Shown: positions 33,751 through 44,747 of the stretch, piece by piece | How the letters are laid out: the number at the start of each line of letters is the position of its first letter | How positions within the stretch are numbered: position 1 is the stretch's first letter | Origin: Vitrella brassicaformis CCMP3155 | Taxonomy: Eukaryota > Protista > Chromerida | Length of the DNA: 64,000 nucleotides | Assembly (NCBI GenBank): GCA_001179505.1 | Contig: CDMY01000384.1 | Span: 26,468-90,467, forward strand | Direction of reading: 5' to 3' | Notes under the pieces: generated by a model | Databases searched by the model: none | The model's input: the letters and a program-made list of their open reading frames with translations, nothing else | What the model was told of the DNA's origin: nothing | Position numbers and translations under genes: made by a program

Positions 33751-36700
33751 TCAGGGGTGGCTAAGTGTCGACCCCTGCCGAGTGAGCTGCCTGGCCATTT
33801 GGTTCTTGAGGCTCAGCTGCACCGTCTGCACACTCACGGCGTGGCTGGTCAGGGGCGTATAAGGCATGAGCACCGACGAGGTGCTCCCCTGCGGCCGCAT
33901 CCGGTGGGTCGGGAAGAGGATGGGCTTGGCGGGTATGCCGCCGAACCGCTCGCCGCGCTCGAACTCCTCCCCCTTCATCATCAACGACATGGGGGCCAGG
34001 TAGGAGCCGTCAGCCTTCATTGGACGGTAAGGAGATCCAGGCACATGGGTGCGTCGGGATGGAGGGAAAAGGTGTGTGTGTGTGAGTGATTGTGTGTGTA
34101 TACCATGTTGGTTGTGTAGAGGACGACGGCGCGTGTGCCGACTGTGCACCTGCGGCCTATGGTGATGGTGCCCATCTTCATGATGCGGTCCTCAAACAGG
34201 TGGCCTGCACAACACACCAACAGACACACACACACGACACACACATGCACTCCCAAATCCCAAATGCGATTTCCCCTCCCTCCCTCTCTCCCTCTCTCCC
34301 CTGTCAGCTCAGCTCACCCTGCACAGTGACATCGTCGTTGATGCAGGCGTCATCGCCAATCGCCACCAAGTCAGGCTCGGTCAGGTGAGGCGTCGCCATG
34401 TACACCCTGCTGCCAATCCGCGCACCCAGCAAATGGAACCACATGGGCAGCAGGGGAGTGCCGATCAGCACCCGGATGAAGCTGTTGAAGGCCAGGTCTT
34501 CCTCCAGCGCATTGGAGAGCTCGGCGCGCCAGACGAACGACGACCAGAGGGGCGCCTGCTGCTCGCCGTACCTGCCCACCAGCAGCCACTTGCCGGCGAT
34601 GGCGACTATGGCGTTGACGGAGCCGTACAGCCAGAACATGGCCGGCATGAGGAAGAGGCCCCACCAGCCGAGATCGGTCAGAGTGATGGTCCCCACATAC
34701 CTGACACACACACACACACAGGGAGAGAGAGAGAGATTCAAACACACCTCTCCCTGTCTGTCCGGTTCTAGTGGATACCTACCATGCAAGCAGAAACGAG
34801 TAGACCGACACGATCCCCGGCAGTATGGTCCTCAGCGCCTCAATCGACCCCCGTATAGGGTACAGGTGCACAGGGGGGTTGAAGGTGCGGCTGTCCCCGC
34901 TGTCCTTGACCACGGCACGGTTGGCGAGCGGGAAGGGCAGCGACCCCAGCCACGACGTCCCATCCTTGGCCTCGTCCGCACCGGGGGCAAGGGACATCAC
35001 CCCCAGCAGCGTCTCCTTGCCGAAGCGGCTGCCCCCCGGCACACAGGCGTTGTTCCCGAGGAATGTCCTCTCCTCACACATCACCTTGCTGATGCAGAAG
35101 TTGCGCTTGGCGTCGACGGTCCAGCCCCCCAGGCCGACGAAGTCTGCCACGAAGCAGTCGTCACCGATGTGCAGCATATCGGGGGTCCAGTGGCGGGCGT
35201 CGGAGATCTCCACACGGCGCCCGAGCTTGGCGCCAAGAAGGTTGAAGTAGGTCCGGGTGAACATGGTGGAGTAGAACTGAGTGAGGCGGAGGAGGCCCAG
35301 AGAGAAGCACATGGATGGTATGGTATAGGTGTGTGGGGGGGGAGCTGACCTGGTGGGCGAATGTGAGAGTGATCTGTTGAGCCCAGTGGTTGACCCACCA
35401 CCTCAGGTAGAGCCACCCGTACAGCGGGTAGGCGCCCTCCTTGATGCGCTGCACCGTCACCCACTTGAGCACCACCGTGAACAGCAGGTACCACAGCAGC
35501 CCGCCCACCACCAGCACCGGCGCCCACGCAGCTCCCACAGAGAACCCCTCATTGGTCGACACACGCACGGCCTCGGTCGTTGCCCAGAGCCAGGCCATCA
35601 GGGGCACCCCAAGGGCGAGGAAGATCACGTAGTAGCCGAGGAGCACGCCAAAGCAGAACATGGCGAGGGTGGCGGCGCCCACACGTCTGTGCTCGACCCT
35701 GTCGTCCTCGACGTCGATGGCGATGGTGAGGTGCCGCTTTGGCGTGCGGACGTTGGCAGCATTGCTGTCGTCGTGGGTCTTCTTGACGGATGACTTGGTG
35801 GGGATGGCCACTCTGTTGGAACCCCTTGCAGGTGCTCCCTCCCAGTGTGCTGATGCGGGGACTTTTTGGCCAGAATGGAGGACGGCGAGGTTGCCGATGG
35901 AGCCGCCGTCGCCAATCTCCGTGTTGAGGTTCACGCCACTGGGGGGCAGCAACGCAGAGAGAGGGGTGGTGGTGGTGTGTGTGCGTGCGTGTGTGGGGCT
36001 GTGGTCTCACCTTCGCTGTCCGAGCACAGCGCCTCGGCCTAGTTTCACCGTTCCAAGCCTCAGCTTCCCGTCCTCGACCTCCCAGCATGACACCCGAGCA
36101 CCCACATTGATCACCTGCACACCCACACCCACACAGAGGTGAGTGGTTGTCCATGTAGAATGCGGCCATCCATCCCCTTCCTCTCTCTCTGCTCACCACA
36201 TCGTCATCGAGTGTCAGGAGGTCATAGCCCGACACGAGCGTGGAGGCGATGTGCACGTTGCGGCCGACCTTGACGCCATACAGCCGCAGCACCCACGACA
36301 GCACTGGGGTGCCCGAGAACATGGCCAGGGGGGCGCCCCAGGTCTCGACGATCCACCACCTCAGGAAGTACCAGCCCCACCTACTCATTCATTCACAGAC
36401 AACACAAGACATGTCAAAGAACCGCTCCTTCCCTCTCTCTCCCTCTCTCTCTCTCGTCTGTCTCTCTTCCTTACAGAGGGTGTTCTCCGGGCACCACTTT
36501 GCCGAGGACGATCCACTTGACGGCGACGGACACCAGCACCCACACGGCCCATGACACGATCGTCCACGCGGGGAATGTGAAGATGACGTATGTGACGGAG
36601 TACTGGTCCAAAGTCTCCTCGATCGCCCACAGCCCGGCCGCCACCCACAGCGCCGCGAAGGCCGACAGGAAGAGCAGGAACACACCCTGCAGGAACCACA

Positions 36701-38612
36701 CCGTCCAGCGCGTCAGAGCCGGGGCCTGATAGCACAAGACAACACAGCCACACATGTCCATGAGGACAAAGGTCCATCACACACCACCACACTCATCTCG
36801 TTCCTACCCCGCCTGATTCGGTTTGTGTCTGCAATCTTGACTTGATCGACTTAAGACCCGTCGCAAATCGTGTCGCCAGGCGGCCCAGCGGCGTCTGTGG
36901 TGGTGTGTGGGTGAACACACGCGCCCGGGGCAGCCGCAAAGGCACCCCCTCGGCCCTGCATGTGTCGGTGATGTTGGTGGCGAGCTTGCGGACTGTCCGG
37001 GCGTCGTAGAGGTCGCGGACGGCCGTGGGAACCATCCGGATCTTCTTGCGCAGGGCGGAGATGAACTGACGATCGACACACGAGGGACTGTGCATGTGGT
37101 CGTGTGATGCGGTGTGGTGTGGTGTGGTTGTGCGAGAGTGGGTAGGTGCCCGGGCAGGTACCTACCTGTGCGGCGCTGAGCGAGTTGCCTCCCAGTTGGA
37201 AGAAGTCGTCTTCGGCGCCGACCCTCTCCACATTCAACACCTGCACTCACACACAGAGAGAAATCCCCGCACCCCTACACATCACACCCTCTCACAACAC
37301 TCTCGCTCCCTCCCTCCCTCCCTCCCTCTCACGTCCGAGAACAGCTCAGCGAGCGTCGTTTCCAGGACTCCCTCAGGCTCAAGGTACTCGTTCCCCGGCC
37401 CCCCACCGGCACCACTGCCCGGTGCGGTCTCGCTGCCCGGCGTGGGCATCTTCTCGAGCGCCTTCCTGTCCACCTTGCCAGTGGGTGAGATGGGAATGGC
37501 GTCGAGCAGGACGTACCGGGCGGGCACCATGTAGTCGGGCAAGATGGAGGCCGCGTGGGCGCGGAGGGCGTCGGGGGTGAGGGTGGAGGGATCTGTGTCG
37601 GGTGAGTCCTCCTTCTTGGGCTCGAGGTATGCGACCAGCCTGTGTGCATGGCATGGTGGGAGGGAGGGGGAGTGCTGGGGTCTTGTGGTTGTGCATTTGT
37701 GTGTGTGTGTGAGCGTTCGGTTACGTTTTGGCGCCGCCTTTGCCGATGTCCTGTCGCACGATGACGCACACGTTGGCGACGGGCGGGTGGCGGCCGAGGG
37801 CTGACTCGATCTCCGACAGCTCCACACGGAAGCCCCGGATCTTGACCTGTGTTTGCGAAGGACAACAAGCAAGAACACACACACATGCGCAGTGCAGTAG
37901 ACTCAGAGTGGCCTGTGCCACCCACCTGTGAGTCGATGCGTCCCAGGAACTCAATGTCGTGGTTGGGTGACCACTGCACCAAGTCACCTGTCCGATACAA
38001 CCTGCACCCATTCACACACACACACACACACACGTACTCATGGGTGCGATTCGCTTGCGCTGAAGACACCCGTCCACCTCCCTACCCTACCCCACCCACC
38101 GTGGGACATATCCAAAGGGCCCCTCCTCCCTCCTGATCAGCTCCGGCCGCACCCGGCCCGAATACGTCGGGCTCACCGCCACCTTGCTCATCACGTCCGT
38201 GTTGACACTCATGCCATCCACCTCAACCCAGGTCTCCTCAGCCTCGGCTCGCGGCGTCTCCGGCGCGCGTGTGGTGATGTCGTCGTTGCTGTTGCCCTTG
38301 CTGCTGGCCTTGCCAATGTTGCCGGCCAGCTGCAGCCAGTTGGGCATCGGGGGACTGTACTTGTCAGGTATGAATTTCTCAGGGTTGAGGTCGGGGCGGT
38401 TGATGTAGCCACGGGCGACGGACATGCCGCCGATGAGCAGCTCGCCTGGTTTGCCCGGTGGGCAGAGGGCGCCCTGCTCGTCGACGATGTAGCACGAGTA
38501 GCCTGGGAGGGGCTTGCCGATCGTGACGGGCTTGCCAGACGTGAGCGTGTCGTAGGTGGCCACCACCGTAGCCTCTGTCGGACCTGACACAGAAAATGGA
38601 CGTGTTTGTGGC

Positions 38613-38643
<31 letters not shown>

Positions 38644-40065
38644 TTATGTGTGTGCCCCTACCGTATGTGTTGAGCAACTGTCTGCCTGGTGCATCCCACT
38701 TGTCCACGACCTCTGGAGGGCACGCCTCGCCGCCGGTGATGACGATCCGAAGCAGAGGAGGCGCCGGGATATCCTCAACCAAACGCAGCACCTGCACACA
38801 CACACACACACACACGCACACAGAGCCGTGAGACAACGGACTGATGGGTGTGTGGATGATCGCAGGGTGGCGTACCGTGGGCACAGTGGAGAAGACAGTG
38901 ATGCCCTTCTTGGCCAGCACCGCCCCCAGGGCGGGCCCCTGCCTCATGGTCTCCTTCGTGCCCACCACCAGTGTGGCTCCCGCCGCAAAGGCCAGCCAGA
39001 TCTCCTCCACACTGGCGTCAAACGACGTCGAGAAGCCTTGCAGCACCCTGAGCCAACGCCCACAAGGAAGGGTGTGTTGATGGGTCAGGCTCTCCGTGCC
39101 TGTGTGTGTGTGTGCGTGTGTGTACCTGTCTTCTGAGGTGGTGGGGAAGGACATTTGCTCGGCGAGCACGAAGTTTGAGGCGCATCGGTGCTCGATACAG
39201 ACGCCCTTGGGCCGCCCTGTGCTGCCGCTGGTGAAGATGGCGTAGCACGCGTGACGCGGCTCGACGCCCACCTCTGACGGGCTGAGCGGCAAAGCCGAGA
39301 TCATCTCAGAGTCCATCAGCGACCTGTCCACAGCCACACACAGACACACAACACATATGTGAGACCTGTGCGTGTGTGCCGAGCAGGAGGGCAGGGGGGT
39401 GTTCATCGTTCGCTTACCCCCATTTGGTGGCGGTAAGGACAATCGTGGCGCCCGGCTCGACGCCCTCAGCAGCCCAGCTTGTCAGCATCGACAGGTCGGT
39501 GACCAGATCCGGCGGCACCACACCCCCCATGGCCTCCACCACAGGCACCAGGTCGTCGCTGGTCAGCACCAGCTTGGCCTTGCCGTCCTCGAGAGTCGAC
39601 TGCACCCGCTCAGGCGGGTACTCAGGGTCGATGCTGACGTAGGCTCCTCCAGCCTTGAGTATTGACAGCATGCAGAGGTAGAAGTGGGCGCCGCGGGGGA
39701 GGAACACCCCGCACAGGTCGTCGGGGAGCACGTGGCAGCTGCGGATGATACGCGCAAGGACGTTGGCAGTCTCCTCCAGCTCCGCATAGGTCCACCGGAT
39801 GTCATCCTCTTCACACTGCACACAACACAACACAACATAACAGAGGGACAGACACAATCACCATGCAGACAGATGTCAACACACTTGTGGATCAACCTTC
39901 GTATCATTCTGTGTGCCAGCAATGTGTGTGGTGTGTGCATCGGTCGGTTCTGCGCACCTCCACCGCCACGTTGTCAGGATGAGCAGCGGCGGATCTTTCG
40001 AAGATCTCGTGCAGCAGAGGTGGCTCGCCGCTCGTCGGCAGCAGGTGAGCGACGTCTTCAGGCAT
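33751..40065 (-). CDS. Single-module membrane-bound NRPS-like enzyme of the epsilon-poly-L-lysine synthetase (Pls) family: A-T-(TM/C1)-(TM/C2)-(TM/C3), about 19 exons
   Basis: A-domain motifs: WTYAEL (A1), [12 protein letters not shown] (A2), [15 protein letters not shown] (A3), FDASVEEIW (A4), NTYG|PTE (A5), [14 protein letters not shown] (A6), LYRTGDL (A7), GRIDSQ|[14 protein letters not shown] (A8), PTGKVDRK (A10). T domain: [11 protein letters not shown]. Three repeats follow, each with hydrophobic helices, KW(I/L/V)..G/Q..PL(W/Y)..(LRWW/VWR), an LG(A/V)K(V/L/I)G hexapeptide stretch, and a final GHLFEDR. Confidence 0.9.
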
Positions 40066-40494
40066 AGACAGAGCTATCTACACTACAGGCAGGTGGCTGC
40101 TGCTGATGCACGACAGACAGATGAACGTCAGAGATGGGGAAAGTGATGATGAGGGAAATCGACAGATCTGAAGACTCCTCTGCTGGACAGATCTGCGAGT
40201 GGGGATGAGTGGGAGTCAACGCGGCTGGAGCAGGATCCTTGCGAGCTGATCTCGTCCTCTTCGGATTAGCTCGCATCCTTCGACGGGGTGTTCCTTTGCT
40301 TCTCTCTCCCTCTCCCCTCTCGTCTCCTCTTCTGTGTGTGTGCAGGAGGGAGCGCATAGGAGAGATCTATGTGAGAGCTCGAGCCTGAGCCTGTGCGTGC
40401 CTTCTCGCAGAGATCTGCACACGATGGCTGCACGGGCACTGCACGCTTAGGCTCCTCTGTGCGTGTGGTGCCCGCATTTAAATTATGGAGATCT
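40002..40494. promoter_or_regulatory. Cluster of six AGATCT palindromes across the NRPS start and upstream intergenic region (candidate cis-element)
   Basis: AGATCT at 40002, 40164, 40189, 40363, 40411 and 40489. Confidence 0.3.
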
Positions 40495-40796
40495 CGTCAC
40501 GGGAACGACGAACGACGCGCCTCACACCTTGCACCTGGGAGTCGTTCATTCTTTCGAGGACACCTGACTGCCTCGATGAGGGCATGAGAGTCTTGTCACA
40601 GAGATCAGGTATGTACGCTCTTTTGCACGGCACAGCATGGCACGACTTGGAAGAAAGACAGACGACGGCGCGTCTTTGCGTGGCTGTCTTTTCATGCACT
40701 GTGGGGCTTCGAAGATGGCCTGTCGGCACTAAAGACTTTTGCCTCTTTTGTTTTGCCTCTTTGCCCTTTTGCCTCGTTCGTTGCTACGTCTGTCTC

Positions 40797-42572
40797 ATGA
40801 TAGGGGCGGCGGACAGGCACGCAGGCAGGTTTGGCGAAAGAGTGCTGTCCCTCTCTCTCTCTCTCTGTGTGTGTGTGTGGGGGGGAGTTTGGTCACCATC
40901 GTCTGGTTCGCTCCCTCGACTCGCCGGAGCACAAGCAGATCCTCAAGATGGTTCAGGCTGCCACACGGGTAACCACAGACACGCAACACGCCCGTCCAAC
41001 CACACACATTCACCGGTTTCTCTCTCTCTCTCTCTGCGTGTGTGTGGATGAGTGCAGGAGTTGACCATTTTGGGCTTCATAGCGTTGCTGCTGTTCTCTG
41101 CGGTTCGGTGGGGCATTGTCAAGGCCATCAACGACAGCCTCTTCGGCATCGACCGCATCGAGGCCACCGCCGTCCGCGAGCTGACGTCACACCACGAGCC
41201 CAAGGAACTGGCCATTACAAAAATGTTCGAACGTGAGTCAGCACACACACACAGAGACGACAGAGAGGGAGAGAGACATGTCTACGTGTGTATTCAGTGT
41301 TCGAGTCGGTGCACTACTTTGTGTTTGCGGTCATGGTGACGTTCATCCTGATGACGACGCTGCTCATCATTCTCGCACTCCGCCAAACCAACGTCTGGCA
41401 CCGATACGACAAACTCACCATGGCCGACCTCTCTCGGCGGGGCGTGAGCAGTGCGGCAATCAGCTACTGGGGAACGAAACACCGCTTCCACACGTACGTG
41501 AATCAGCCAGTCAGCGATGGGACGCTGGCAGATAGACGGCCGTGTCATGTCTCTCTGTGTGCGTGTCCATCTACATGTCAGCAACGACAACATGTTCATC
41601 GCCAAGCCGACACAGCCGTGTCGCTTCTCGTTCGCGTCGTATCTGTCAGTGAGTCTGCTCGCCTTCCTGACGTCACTCGTGGAGATCCCCGTCATGTCAT
41701 GGTACGCACACACAGAGACATGGACACATGGACACACCACATCTCTCTCTCTCTCTCTCTCACGCAGGATGGTGCTCCTGGCTGTCGCCGTCCTTGCCAA
41801 GTACAGCCGGCTCCACACACAGTGTCACAACACACTCTCATGTCACATCTGTCTGTGACAGGCCGGCGTTGTCACTTGGCGAAACAGATCTGGCGGTGTT
41901 CCTCTCAGTTTGCCTGGCGGGCCTCTTCCTGGTGTCGCTGACCTTCTGCGTCCACATCGGCAACAAGCGCAGCTATGTCGAGCCCAACGTCGTCAGCGTA
42001 TCTCAGGAAATCCACCAGGGCACACGTAAGGAACATCTGAGACACACACACACACACACACAATGGATGTGTGTGCATGATCAGCTGACCGCGTTCACGC
42101 GGCAGTTGAGAAGGACGCAGTGGTGATTCCGTCTGGTCAGAACGCCATCAGCCGTGCCATCAACGCCACCTTCGGGCTGCCCTCGTTGGTCCATCGAGAC
42201 GAAATGGCATTTGCGCCACCACCTGAACGGAGCGATGGCGTGATCGAACTCAATGGGCTTCCCGTCGCATGCTCCACGTAGATGGGTGCAGGTCTGTTCT
42301 GTCCCTCCTGGCTGCATGCCAGGAGGAGTGCATGGCCATGAACTGTCTGAGACCACAGACCATTCATGATCGATCATGCCCGTAAGCTTAGCGAGGTCAT
42401 GTACTGTATGGCATTCAACCACACCCGCAGGCAGCACATCGACACGACAGAGTCAAGGACACCCAAGCATGCGAAGCAAGTCAAGCGGAATTGGGGTTTA
42501 GTCTACCCACTCGAGTCGCTCACTACGCACCCGTCGTTGTCCTTGACCCGTCGCGTACTGCGCCAACTGTGA
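40797..42572 (+). CDS. MLO-like multi-pass membrane protein (spliced; start approximate)
   Basis: ELTILGFIALLLF resembles the MLO motif ELMLLGFISLLL. FE|SVHYFVFAVMVTFILMTTLL, ..VWHRYD and RFSFASYL..LTSLVEIPVMSW follow in MLO-like order. Confidence 0.6.
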
Positions 42573-42664
42573 CAGATAGATAGATACAGCAAGCTCAGTC
42601 AAACCGCCCTATCCCTTTCACCCATGACAAGGAACAGCCACAAACACCAGTGCCACTCACTCAT

Positions 42665-43930
42665 TCACTTCACAGTGTCTGTGATGGGTGACGCGTCGTC
42701 ACTCTTCTCTCCTGCAGGGCTCCCCGGGGGCGTCTTGAACTCTTCTGCCGGGCAGTCTGTCTCGCCCGCAGCCACAGGGGTCTCCCCGCCCTCACCACAG
42801 CAAATGGCATCACCTCCTGTGTCTTGGTCCGAGCTGACAGCAGCCGTTGTCGAGTCGGCCGGTCCCTCTTGTACATCCTGGAAGTCGTCCTTGTCCTCGA
42901 GCGCCTCGCGAATGAACTCATCAGCCTGAATGCACGGACACACAAGTCCATTCCATACGGCTACCGTGTGTGACTTGGGTTCGGTTTCCTCCCACCCCGT
43001 GGACCCACCTCCGCGAAGTGCTCGTCATTGATCACGTTTGAGTTGGCCGCGTAAACGGTCCCCAGCACAGCCAAGTCGTCAATCAGACCTGCACACACAT
43101 ACACACGGGACCTGACCACGTTCAAGGCAAGCAGGCGCAGCAAAGCTGGCCTAGCTAGCTGCCCCGTCCGCTCACGTACCAGCCCCGAGAATGAAGTCCG
43201 GCACCAGGTCAAGTGGCGCACAGAAATAGAGCAGAGCCAGCGCCAGCATCACTCTGCAAACACAAACACACCTCGCTGACTGGTCAGCAAGTGAAATGTA
43301 TGTCGCCCACTCACTTGTTGATGGTCGATGCGTTGGCACGCAATGCATAATACATGGCCAGCGGCACACGAGCCTGAACACACACACACACATATACCAA
43401 TCCTGCGTTCCGATCCTTCCCCCTCCTCTCACCACAGTGCCGCCTGCACTTCGGATCAGCCATCGAGCCGCCGAGCCGAACTGCAGCTGCAGCGTGCTCT
43501 GCATCGCCTCCAGATCCATCTCCGGGCCTCCCGACACATCAGCCGTTGCACCAGAGGAAGAAGACGGGCTCGATGCCGAGCCATCGCCCGTCGATGACAT
43601 AAGCTTGAAGTACAGCTCACTCCACTGCGCCCGGTCGTCCATATCGATGTCCTTTATGGCGTTGGGAGGCCCCTCTCGCCCGGGGGATGAGTCATCCTTG
43701 CCCTCACTGCGGGTCGATGATGAGTTGGAGGTCTCCCCCGCCTCACCGAATCCGAAGTATGAGGCAAAGTGGTCCCATGATGAGGTGCTCTCCCGTGATG
43801 TGGATGTCTGCAGCGAGCACGCGGGGACGGTCCTGAGAGAGCCGATGCTGTCTGGGCGACTCTGAGGCGATTCGTCTTTGTTGGCAGGGCAGGAGAAGGG
43901 AAGAGCCGCGCATGATGTGGGCTCGTCCAT
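42665..43930 (-). CDS. DUF1232 (YkvA-like) domain membrane protein with Ser-rich N-terminus and acidic tail
   Basis: LALALLYFCAPLDLVPDFILGAG|LIDDLAVL matches the DUF1232 signature Y..SP.D.IPD....G..DD. Confidence 0.75.
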
Positions 43931-44105
43931 CTCACCCGGGAGGGGAGGGAGGGAGGGGAGAGCTCGCGATCGCCCTTTACCGTTGGGCTGCCGTTGAGTG
44001 GGCGGGCCGGCTCTTTCTACGGGGCTCTTTTGGTGTGCCTTGGCTGCTGTCTGCCGCAGTGAAGCGTACCAGCACAAACGACTCACAGCCCCGCGGTTGT
44101 CCGTG

Positions 44106-44747
44106 ATGGAGACCTTGCCATCGGCCGGCGGCCGCCTGGTATCCTCGCAGGAGAGCCGCAAGCACTCCCTCGCCTCCCCATCCCTCTCCATCCCTTCCTC
44201 GTCTGCCCTGGCACACAGCCTGATGCTGCTGTTCTTTATCTACGCCGGCTACGTCCAGGGTAATGACCCCGATGGCGCAATGTGGATGGCTCTCTACAGC
44301 ACTGCGGCTCTCGCGTGTGTGCTCCGGATGGCCCGGTTGGACGGGCCCGCCCGGATGCTCTCGGATGTGGGCCTCATCTCTGCCTTATCTCTTCTCGCCC
44401 TGACCTCCTACAGCGCTCCCGTGTCTTCTTGGTTCGACTTTGCCCTCGAGAGCGGCCGTGAGCAAGGCGGCTCGCTGATCATGGTGATATGGGCGGTGAC
44501 GACGACACGCGGCCTCAGCAGGGGGGAGGGGGAAGGCGTCTGCCGCAAGTGTTTCCCCGTGGCGGCGGTGCTCTTCCCATTGGCGGTGCTGGTGGCTGCG
44601 TACGCCATTCCCAAGGTCATGGTGGGTGTGGACACGCCGGACCACTGCAAGGGCCTCGGCGTGCAGTTCTACGCCCACACCGAGAGGCGGCTGCCTGTGG
44701 AGCAGCACCTGTTTGTGCCTACCACACATGCCCATGTGACCAATTAA
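44106..44747 (+). CDS. TMEM220-family membrane protein (intronless)
   Basis: AGYVQGNDPDGAMWMALY...ESGREQGGSLIMVIW...DHCK resembles the TMEM220 motifs (Q.NDPD..W..Y; E.GRE..G..I..W). Confidence 0.7.
   Translation: METLPSAGGRLVSSQESRKHSLASPSLSIPSSSALAHSLMLLFFIYAGYVQGNDPDGAMWMALYSTAALACVLRMARLDGPARMLSDVGLISALSLLALTSYSAPVSSWFDFALESGREQGGSLIMVIWAVTTTRGLSRGEGEGVCRKCFPVAAVLFPLAVLVAAYAIPKVMVGVDTPDHCKGLGVQFYAHTERRLPVEQHLFVPTTHAHVTN

Noticed and set aside
33751-40065. NRPS as bacterial contamination, or as part of an operon or biosynthetic cluster
   Set aside because: It has many host-style spliceosomal introns, and its neighbours are unrelated eukaryotic genes with no tailoring enzymes, transporter or PPTase.
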